From contig CAMNOK010000001.1 in the NCBI GenBank assembly GCA_946546825.1, positions 12,956-76,955 of the forward strand: a stretch of 64,000 bases of DNA. The letters are read 5' to 3'. A program made the position numbers and the translations under genes. This document shows positions 9,607 through 17,052 of this stretch, one piece after another (within the stretch, counting starts at the first letter, position 1; each line of letters opens with the position of its first letter). This DNA is from an uncultured bacterium. Lineage in GTDB: Bacteria > Bacteroidota > Bacteroidia > Bacteroidales > Bacteroidaceae. Under the pieces are notes generated by a model. The model was not told the origin of the DNA. It ran no database searches and saw only the letters and a list, made by a program, of their open reading frames with translations.

Positions 9607-11598
9607 CTACAGAGGCTTATACTCCACAAAGGCTTCCATGGCTTCGTAGCATGCCAGGCCGAGGTCGTCGTAGAGTTTTGCCGTGCCGCGGTTGCGGTCT
9701 TCTGCGCGTTGCCAGAAGAGTCGCTCGTCGTTTCCAAGGAAAGGCGCACTTTCCATCTGGCTCTGGTGTTTCAAGATAGAATTTCTCTTGGCACGGAGTT
9801 CTTCCGGGCTCATGGGTACACACATCTCTATATTTTCGATTTCCCACTCTGCCCAGGCACCACGATACATCCAGATGCGGCAGTCGTCAAGCCATTTGGC
9901 CTTAGCCTTCTTCTCCTCGTCAATGGCTGCCAGCACGGCATCGGTGCACTTACGGTGTGTTCCGTGCGGGTCAGCCAGGTCGCCAGCCACATAAATCTGG
10001 TGAGGCTTCACCTCTGCAAGCAGCTTCTTCACGATGAGAACATCGGGTTCTCCCATGGGCAGCTTTTCAATTTTACCACTCTCGTAGAACGGCAGGTCGA
10101 GGAAGTGGACACGTTCCAGGGGGATATGGTTGAAGGTGCAAGCCGTACGAGCCTCGCCTCTGCGAATCAAGCCTTTTATGGTCAAGATGTCACGGGTATC
10201 CATATCACCGTCTTTCTTGGCAGCAAGGAAGTTTTTTATCTCCTTGTACTTCTTGTTGATGACCTCATCCTTGGCTTCTCCGAAAAGCTGGTTGAAGCCG
10301 TTGATGAAGTGCATGAAGCGGGTGACTTCTTCATCGCCGACAGCAATATTACCAGATGTCTCATACGCAACATGAACTTCGTGTCCCTGAGAAACGAGTC
10401 TTTGGATGGTACCTCCCATAGAGATGACATCATCGTCAGGATGGGGAGAGAACACGATGACACGTTTGGGGAACGGCGTAGAGCGCTCCGGACGGTAGGT
10501 GTCATCGGAATCTGGCTTGCCACCAGGCCAGCCCGTAATGGTATGCTGCAAGTCGTTGAAGATCTTGATGTTGGCATTGTAGGCCGAACCATACAGCGCC
10601 AGCAGTTCCGACAGTCCGTTCTCGTTGTAGTCTTTGTTAGTGAGTTTCAAGATGGGCTTACCCGTTTCCTGACAGAGCCAGACCAATGCTGAGCGTACGA
10701 GTTTGTCGGTCCACTTCAAGGATGTCACCAGCCAGGGATGTACGATGCGCGTGAGCCGGCCGGCTGCCGCCAGGTCGATGACAACGTGCACGTCGTTGTG
10801 GGTTTGCAGGAACGAAGCCGGAATGGTATCGGAAATAGCACCTTCAACGGTCTTCTGTATAATCTCTGCCTTCTCCTCACCCCATGCTGTCAGGAAGATT
10901 TTGCGCGCAGAGAGGATCGTGGCAACACCCATGGTGACGGCACAGGGCGGAACGGGTTCGTTGGTACCGAAACTTAAGCTTGACTCTTCACGGGAAATGG
11001 CATCAATCAGCATCAGTCGTGTAGAAGAATTGATACCAGAACCCGGTTCGTTTATGGCAATATTACCAATACGCCCGATACCAAGAAGCATCAGGTCGAT
11101 GCCTCCGAAAGTTTTGATGCGCTGCTCGTAGAGCTGGCAGTACTGCTGAACGCTGTCCTGTGGGATGCTGCCATCGGGTGAGAAGATGTTTTGCGGATCA
11201 ATGTCCACATGGTTCAGGAAGCGCTCACGCAGTTGTACGAGAGCGCTATGCTGGGCCCCTTTTGCCAGGGGAAAATACTCGTAGGCATTAAAGATCACCA
11301 CATTGCTGAAGCTGAGGCCCTGTTCCTTGTGACGGCGGATAAGCTCCTCATAGACAGGTGTGAGTGAGTTTCCGGTGCCAAGTCCTATCACGCAGAAGCG
11401 TCCTTCACGCTGACGTTGCTTAATTTCGGTCTCTACGGTGTCGGCAATGGCCTGTGCACCCTCTTCTATTTTTGCATATATATCGGTCAGTATTTTCTCC
11501 TGACGCGTAATTTCTGAGCGGTCAACCGCTGTTTTGGGTTTGTAAAATTCCTCTGGCACTTTATTAAGTACCACCTGAGAACTTAGGTTTAGTCGCAT
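9607..11598 (-). CDS. Glucosamine-6-phosphate deaminase-like domain fused to a PIG-L/LmbE deacetylase domain
   Basis: N-terminal NagB fold (GLGTGNS, LGIGRIGNIAINEPGS); C-terminal FSPHPDDDVISMGG and DPHGTH PIG-L motifs. Confidence 0.88.
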   Translation of the reverse strand: MRLNLSSQVVLNKVPEEFYKPKTAVDRSEITRQEKILTDIYAKIEEGAQAIADTVETEIKQRQREGRFCVIGLGTGNSLTPVYEELIRRHKEQGLSFSNVVIFNAYEYFPLAKGAQHSALVQLRERFLNHVDIDPQNIFSPDGSIPQDSVQQYCQLYEQRIKTFGGIDLMLLGIGRIGNIAINEPGSGINSSTRLMLIDAISREESSLSFGTNEPVPPCAVTMGVATILSARKIFLTAWGEEKAEIIQKTVEGAISDTIPASFLQTHNDVHVVIDLAAAGRLTRIVHPWLVTSLKWTDKLVRSALVWLCQETGKPILKLTNKDYNENGLSELLALYGSAYNANIKIFNDLQHTITGWPGGKPDSDDTYRPERSTPFPKRVIVFSPHPDDDVISMGGTIQRLVSQGHEVHVAYETSGNIAVGDEEVTRFMHFINGFNQLFGEAKDEVINKKYKEIKNFLAAKKDGDMDTRDILTIKGLIRRGEARTACTFNHIPLERVHFLDLPFYESGKIEKLPMGEPDVLIVKKLLAEVKPHQIYVAGDLADPHGTHRKCTDAVLAAIDEEKKAKAKWLDDCRIWMYRGAWAEWEIENIEMCVPMSPEELRAKRNSILKHQSQMESAPFLGNDERLFWQRAEDRNRGTAKLYDDLGLACYEAMEAFVEYKPL

Positions 11599-11614
11599 AG
11601 GTTTTTAATTTTGG

Positions 11615-11651
11615 GGAGCCAAGGAGTCAAGGAGTCAAGGAGTCAAGACAT
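11615..11651. repeat. Tandem octamer array (GGAGTCAA x4), left arm of an inverted repeat
   Basis: ggagccaa-ggagtcaa-ggagtcaa-ggagtcaa-gacat read directly. Confidence 0.95.
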
Positions 11652-11701
11652 TAGTTTTACTCTTGTCCGACAGAATGACGCCTGACTTCTTCTGCTCATT
11701 G

Positions 11702-12076
11702 TTAATCGATAATACCACTATTGTTTTTTATTCCGTTGACATACAGATGCAAGAACCGGCTTGTCTCTTCAATCATAGCATTCAGTTCCGCATAAGTAGA
11801 TTCGTTCATGTAGCCCAAGTCGAGAGAGAGGATGACATAATCGCGACATTCTTCAAGACTTCCCTGAGAGATATTCATGAATCTCAACTTATCAGACCGG
11901 CTGACCTTTCCATATCCTTCTGCAATATTAGCCTCAATAGAAACCGCAGCCCGACGAAACTGAGAGGTTAACCCGAACAACTCTTCGCGAGGGAAACTGC
12001 GCGTCACTTGATATACTCGCAGTACAAACGCATGAGCACGTTGCCATGCAAGGACCTCTCTAAACGTCTTACTCAT
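11702..12076 (-). CDS. Four helix bundle protein (23S rRNA IVS protein / Avd-like family)
   Basis: 124 aa with AWQRAH, FPREELFGLTSQFRRAAVSIEANIAEG and ISQGSLEEC family signatures. Confidence 0.92.
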   Translation of the reverse strand: MSKTFREVLAWQRAHAFVLRVYQVTRSFPREELFGLTSQFRRAAVSIEANIAEGYGKVSRSDKLRFMNISQGSLEECRDYVILSLDLGYMNESTYAELNAMIEETSRFLHLYVNGIKNNSGIID

Positions 12077-12113
12077 ATGTCTTGACTCCTTGACTCCCTG
12101 ACTCCCTGACTAC
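12077..12113. repeat. Tandem octamer array (TTGACTCC x4), right arm of the inverted repeat
   Basis: atgtc-ttgactcc-ttgactcc-ctgactcc-ctgactac; 12077-12097 is the exact reverse complement of 11631-11651. Confidence 0.95.
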
Positions 12114-12123
12114 TTAACAAAAA

Positions 12124-12915
12124 TCAAAGATTCTCCTTCTCAATATCCTTGAAGTACTTGTAAGTACCGACCTTCAATTCATCTGTAGCAGCCTCGTCGC
12201 AGACGATGATACCATGGCGATGGGTCTGCAGGGCACTGATGGTCCACATCTGAGTGACAGCGCCTTCGATGGCTGCCTGCAGGGCACGGGCCTTGCCGTG
12301 GCCATTGACAAGAATCATCACCTCGCGGGCGTCAAGAACGGTTCCTACACCTACTGTCAGCGCTGTGGTGGGAACTTTCTTCACATCGCCGTCAAAGAAG
12401 CGAGAGTTGGCAATGATGGTATCGGTGGTCAGCGTCTTCACGCGGGTACGGCTGGCCAATGAGGAGCAGGGCTCATTGAAGGCAATATGGCCGTCAGGGC
12501 CGATGCCGCCAAGGAAAAGGTCAATACCGCCTGCTTCACGAATCATCTCTTCGTAGTGTGCACACTCGGCTTCAAGATCGGGAGCATTACCGTTGAGGAT
12601 ATGAATATTTTCTTTCGGACAGTCTATATGGTCGAAGAGGTTGCGGGCCATGAATGAATGATAGCTCTCCGGGTGCTCTTCGGGCAGGCCGACATACTCA
12701 TCCATGTTGAATGTCAGCACATTCTTGAACGACACGCGCCCTTCCTTGTTGGCCTTTACCAATTCTGCATACATACCCTCGGGCGAAGAACCTGTAGGCA
12801 GACCAAGCACAAACTTGTGGTCGGGAGTTGGATTAAACTCGTTGATTCTCTTGATGACATGCTCTGCAGCCCATTTTGACATGCTGGCATAGTCCGGTTC
12901 GATAATAACTCTCAT
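12124..12915 (-). CDS. nagB: Glucosamine-6-phosphate deaminase
   Basis: [18 protein letters not shown] and [13 protein letters not shown]; start re-assigned to MRVIIEPDY at 12915 (263 aa), downstream of a promoter. Confidence 0.95.
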   Translation of the reverse strand: MRVIIEPDYASMSKWAAEHVIKRINEFNPTPDHKFVLGLPTGSSPEGMYAELVKANKEGRVSFKNVLTFNMDEYVGLPEEHPESYHSFMARNLFDHIDCPKENIHILNGNAPDLEAECAHYEEMIREAGGIDLFLGGIGPDGHIAFNEPCSSLASRTRVKTLTTDTIIANSRFFDGDVKKVPTTALTVGVGTVLDAREVMILVNGHGKARALQAAIEGAVTQMWTISALQTHRHGIIVCDEAATDELKVGTYKYFKDIEKENL

Positions 12916-12975
12916 AATGGTTTTTGTGTATAAATTGTTAAAGTGATTATTTTCTTTTCGCGCATAAACTATGTG

Positions 12976-13007
12976 CAAAAGTAAAAAAAACTCTCCAAAC
13001 AAACAAA
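12976..13007 (-). promoter_or_regulatory. Bacteroidetes primary-sigma promoter of the nagB-nan operon
   Basis: Minus strand TTTG (13007-13004), 20-nt spacer, TACTTTTG (12983-12976). Confidence 0.75.
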
Positions 13008-13726
13008 CATTATACTTATTTTTTTCACAGACCAAAGTATAGAAGCAATAGAAAAAATGTATAGGAACGACTTTCAACTGTTAAATTCCAAGAATTTTAT
13101 TTACAGTTTTAACAGAAGTTCACGTTTAAAATTCACAAAACCTCCTCCTGAACGAAAACAGGCCCGTCATCGCATTTCATGCCTGCTAAAACACAAGTCA
13201 CTGATAATCAACGGGCTACAAACAAATCTTCATATCCGAAAACCTTCGTACGAGGTCTTCAACTCTTCAAAAGATGTACTTTTAGAGGCAAAAGTAAGCC
13301 ACTTTCCGCTCATCTCATCAACTCGCTTCCACCTCCAACCTATTTGTTTGCTGTTTCAAAAAAGGCCCATTTTTGTCGCTAATATCAATCTTTTTCACTC
13401 GAAAAGTGATTGACTTTGAGTACTAAACTGCTACACTTTAGCAGCTAAAAACATAGACATTAGGGGCAAAAATGTCACGTTTTCTTTCTCAACAGCTCAT
13501 CATGAAGGAAAACGAACGGCCTGCATAAACATTTCAATTGCACAAAAACTTCATAGTGAGCAATATTTTTTCCCAGAAGCAATAGAAACATAATGTTAAT
13601 TTTATGACAGAAAGTTGACAATTCTTAAGCAGAACCATCAAAGCCGGAAGACTGAACATCTGAGGGCCTGGTCAGGTTATATAGCCTCGCTTCGCGTGTA
13701 AACTTATTATAAAATAACAATTTTCC

Positions 13727-13757
13727 TTTGTCAACCCATCAATTTTTCGTACTTTTG
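13727..13757 (+). promoter_or_regulatory. Bacteroidetes promoter of hflX
   Basis: TTTG at 13727-13730, 19-nt spacer, TACTTTTG at 13750-13757. Confidence 0.75.
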
Positions 13758-13761
13758 CAGT

Positions 13762-15072
13762 ATGAAAGAATTCGTCATATCGGAAGCCAAGACAGAGACA
13801 GCCGTACTCGTGGCTCTTATCACTAAAGAACAAAACGAAGCCAAGACCAAGGAATACCTGGACGAGCTGGAGTTTCTGGCCGACACCGCCGGTGCTGTCA
13901 CCGTAAAACGGTTCACTCAGAAAGTGGCCGGCCCGAGTCAGGTGACATACGTCGGGAAAGGCAAACTGGAAGAAATCAGGGCCTATATACAGAAATGCCA
14001 AGACGACTACGACGAGGCTATCAAGCAACTTGAGCTATTTCCCCAAAGCGAGGAGGAAATGCAGAATATTCCTCAGCCCGTGGGAATGGTCATCTTTGAC
14101 GACGAGTTGTCGGCCAAGCAGCTCCGCAACATTGAACAGGAGCTGAAGGTGAAGATTCTCGACCGCACCTCGCTCATCCTCGACATCTTCGCCATGCGCG
14201 CACAAACGGCCAATGCCAAGACACAGGTTGAATTGGCGCAATATCGCTACATGCTTCCCCGCCTGCAACGACTTTGGACACACCTGGAACGTCAAGGAGG
14301 CGGCTCCGGTTCGGGCGGTGGCAAAGGAAGCGTTGGATTGCGCGGACCTGGTGAAACCCAGCTGGAGATGGACCGCCGCATCATTCTTTCACGCATGTCG
14401 CTGCTCAAAGAGCGACTGGCAGAAATAGACAAGCAAAAGACCACCCAGCGCAAAAACCGAGGACGACTCATTCGAGTGGCACTCGTGGGCTACACCAATG
14501 TCGGAAAATCGACCATCATGAACATGCTGGCCAAGAGCGAGGTCTTTGCTGAGAACAAACTATTCGCCACCCTCGACACCACCGTCCGAAAAGTGGTGGT
14601 TGACAACCTGCCATTCCTGCTGGCCGACACAGTGGGCTTCATCCGAAAACTGCCCACCGACCTGGTCGATTCCTTCAAATCAACACTCGACGAGACGCGT
14701 GAGGCCGACCTGCTGCTCCATGTCGTGGACATTTCACATCCCGACTTTGAAGAACAGATACAGGTCGTAGAAAAGACTTTGGCTGACCTCGGCTGTGCCG
14801 ACAAGCCCTCAATGATAGTTTTCAACAAGATTGACAACTACCACTGGGTGGAAAAAGAAGAAGACGACCTGACACCTTCCACCAAGGAGAACATCTCACT
14901 CGACGAGCTAAAACGTACCTGGATGGCCAAACTCAACGAGAACTGCCTCTTCATCAGTGCCCTGCACAAACAGAACATAGAGGAGTTCCGCGAAGTCATC
15001 TACAAGAAAGTGCGCGAACTTCATGTTCAAAAATACCCCTACAACGACTTTCTTTATAACAGCGAATATTAA
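13762..15072 (+). CDS. hflX: Ribosome-splitting GTPase HflX
   Basis: VIFDDELS, GPGETQLEMDRR, GYTNVGKST, LFATLDTT, DTVGFI and NKID. Confidence 0.97.
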   Translation: MKEFVISEAKTETAVLVALITKEQNEAKTKEYLDELEFLADTAGAVTVKRFTQKVAGPSQVTYVGKGKLEEIRAYIQKCQDDYDEAIKQLELFPQSEEEMQNIPQPVGMVIFDDELSAKQLRNIEQELKVKILDRTSLILDIFAMRAQTANAKTQVELAQYRYMLPRLQRLWTHLERQGGGSGSGGGKGSVGLRGPGETQLEMDRRIILSRMSLLKERLAEIDKQKTTQRKNRGRLIRVALVGYTNVGKSTIMNMLAKSEVFAENKLFATLDTTVRKVVVDNLPFLLADTVGFIRKLPTDLVDSFKSTLDETREADLLLHVVDISHPDFEEQIQVVEKTLADLGCADKPSMIVFNKIDNYHWVEKEEDDLTPSTKENISLDELKRTWMAKLNENCLFISALHKQNIEEFREVIYKKVRELHVQKYPYNDFLYNSEY

Positions 15073-15165
15073 TATCAACATTATAACAACGAATAAGAAA
15101 CACCTGCCATGCACCTCCACTAACTGGCAGTTCCTCCGCTAAAGGGGGAATGGAGGGAAAAAACT

Positions 15166-17019
15166 ATGACTTACAGAACATTAACTGAACAAGAAATCAA
15201 CGTATTGGAGAACAACAGCTGCTGGGCTGAGGACTGGAACCGGCTAAAGGTGGCAGAAAACTTTCGGCCTAACTACTTCCATCGCGTTATGTTCTATGGA
15301 GACATCCAACTGGGAGACTTCGAGAAAAACGTGGAAGTCAGCAAAGGCTTTGTCAAACACTCGGGCATCAACAACGCCACCCTGCGCAATGTCAGCATTG
15401 GCGACAACTGCCTGATTGAAAACATCTCCGGCTTCATCAATAACTATACCATCGGAAACGACTGCTACATCTCCAACGTATGCACCATGGAGACAACGGA
15501 AGGTGCTACCTATGGAGAGGGCAACCTCATCTCCGTGCTCAACGAGGTGGGCGACGGAAACCTCATCCTCTTCAAAGAGCTGAACAGCCAGTTTGCCGAC
15601 TTCATGGTGAAACACTTCAGCAATAAACCGCTGAAAGACGCTATACGCCGCCTCATCAACGAAGAGATTGAGCGCACACAACCTAAACGCGGAACACTGG
15701 GAAACAGCGTGAAGATTGTGAACACCAAAGAAATTACCAATACGGTCATCTACGACGGATGTGAGATTTGCGGTGCCGCACGACTGAGCGACTGCACCAT
15801 TAGCAGCTCGCCAACCAATACAGTGTATATTGGCACAGGTGTCATCTGCGAGAATTCTATCATCTCCGACGGCTCCAGCATCATTAATTCCGTGAAGATG
15901 CAAGATTGTTTTGTAGGCGAAGCATGCCAAATCAGCAATGGTTTCACAGCCGAGAAAAGCGTTTTCTTTGCCAACAGCTACATGTCTAACGGCGAGGCCT
16001 GCGCCGCCTTCTGCGGACCTTTCTCCGCCTCTCACCACAAGAGTTCACTACTGATCGGAGCCTCCTACTCTTTCTATAATGCCGGTAGCGCCACAAACTT
16101 TTCCAACCATGCCTACAAAATGGGGCCTATGCACTATGGAACGCTGGAGCGAGGAACTAAGACAGCAAGCGGTGCCTACCTGTTGATGCCGGCTCACATC
16201 GGTACATTCAGCGTGCTCTTCGGCAAACTGATGTATCACCCCGACACACGCGACCTCCCCTTCGCCTACCTCATCGCCTACGGAGACACCATGTATCTGG
16301 TTCCGGGACGCAACCTCACAACCGTAGGACTCTACCGCGACATCCGCAAATGGCCCAAGCGCGACAAACGCTCAAAAGACTCCAAGAAGAGCATCGTGAA
16401 CTTCGACTGGCTCTCCCCGTTCTCCGTTGGCGAGATTCTCCGGGGCAAGAAAATCCTGGAAACCCTGCGCGAGGCTTCCGGTGACAGCGTCTCTGAATAC
16501 AACTACCACGAATATGTCATCAAAAACTCTTCCCTGAAAAAAGGCATCAAATACTACGACATCGCCTTGCGCATCTACATGGGGGCCGTGCTGAAGCGTC
16601 ATGCACTGGAACAACCCAAAACCAAAGTCGGCCTGGGCAACTGGAACGATCTCTCCGGCATGCTGCTTCCCGAGAGCGAGGAGCAAAGACTCATCAACGA
16701 CATCATCAGTGGAGAAGTGGAAACCATCGAAGATGTGCTCAAACGCTTTGAGCAAATACATGCCAACTATTCTGAATATCGCTGGGCATGGACTTACCGA
16801 ATGATTTGCGACTACTACGGCATCACTGAGATAACACCCGATGACGCCGAACGAATCAAGAAAGACTACATCACCGCCCGACGTGCATGGATTGCAGAAA
16901 TACGCAAGGATGCCGAGAAAGAGTTTGCCTTGGGCGACTTGGAGCCAGAGGTCTTCGAAGACTTCCTCACACAACTTGACCGTGAGATAGACTTCGAGAA
17001 TCAGAAACTTTACATGTAA
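15166..17019 (+). CDS. DUF4954 family protein (left-handed beta-helix-like repeats)
   Basis: MTYRTLTEQEI...CWAEDW start, hexapeptide-like repeats, SHHKSSLLIG and NAGSATNFSNHAYKMGP; typical neighbour of hflX in Bacteroidales. Confidence 0.75.
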   Translation: MTYRTLTEQEINVLENNSCWAEDWNRLKVAENFRPNYFHRVMFYGDIQLGDFEKNVEVSKGFVKHSGINNATLRNVSIGDNCLIENISGFINNYTIGNDCYISNVCTMETTEGATYGEGNLISVLNEVGDGNLILFKELNSQFADFMVKHFSNKPLKDAIRRLINEEIERTQPKRGTLGNSVKIVNTKEITNTVIYDGCEICGAARLSDCTISSSPTNTVYIGTGVICENSIISDGSSIINSVKMQDCFVGEACQISNGFTAEKSVFFANSYMSNGEACAAFCGPFSASHHKSSLLIGASYSFYNAGSATNFSNHAYKMGPMHYGTLERGTKTASGAYLLMPAHIGTFSVLFGKLMYHPDTRDLPFAYLIAYGDTMYLVPGRNLTTVGLYRDIRKWPKRDKRSKDSKKSIVNFDWLSPFSVGEILRGKKILETLREASGDSVSEYNYHEYVIKNSSLKKGIKYYDIALRIYMGAVLKRHALEQPKTKVGLGNWNDLSGMLLPESEEQRLINDIISGEVETIEDVLKRFEQIHANYSEYRWAWTYRMICDYYGITEITPDDAERIKKDYITARRAWIAEIRKDAEKEFALGDLEPEVFEDFLTQLDREIDFENQKLYM

Positions 17020-17052
17020 TGACTATCGATTTGAATAACCAGTAGATTAGAA

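Noticed and set aside
9583-10692. Long antisense ORFs (369 aa here; also 2042-2809, 15244-16038, 22276-23127, 36453-37394, 40233-41006, 49781-50440)
   Set aside because: They lie opposite well-supported genes and have no recognisable motifs; expected shadows of codon bias
11702-12076. Diversity-generating retroelement suggested by the Avd-like protein
   Set aside because: No reverse transcriptase and no template/variable repeat pair seen in the window
12916-13077. N-terminal extensions in the ORF track for nagB (also nitroreductase 32401-32514, NrdJ fragment 32402-32449, GH3 48002-48073, lipoprotein 49762-49800)
   Set aside because: They overlap promoter elements or neighbouring genes; downstream ATGs fit the family N-termini better
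13057-13413. 118-aa and 67-aa ORFs in the nagB-hflX intergenic region
   Set aside because: No recognisable motifs and atypical composition; probably non-coding
13990-14080. Acidic insert in the HflX N-terminal domain
   Set aside because: No DNA-level repeat or mobile signature; probably a lineage-specific loop
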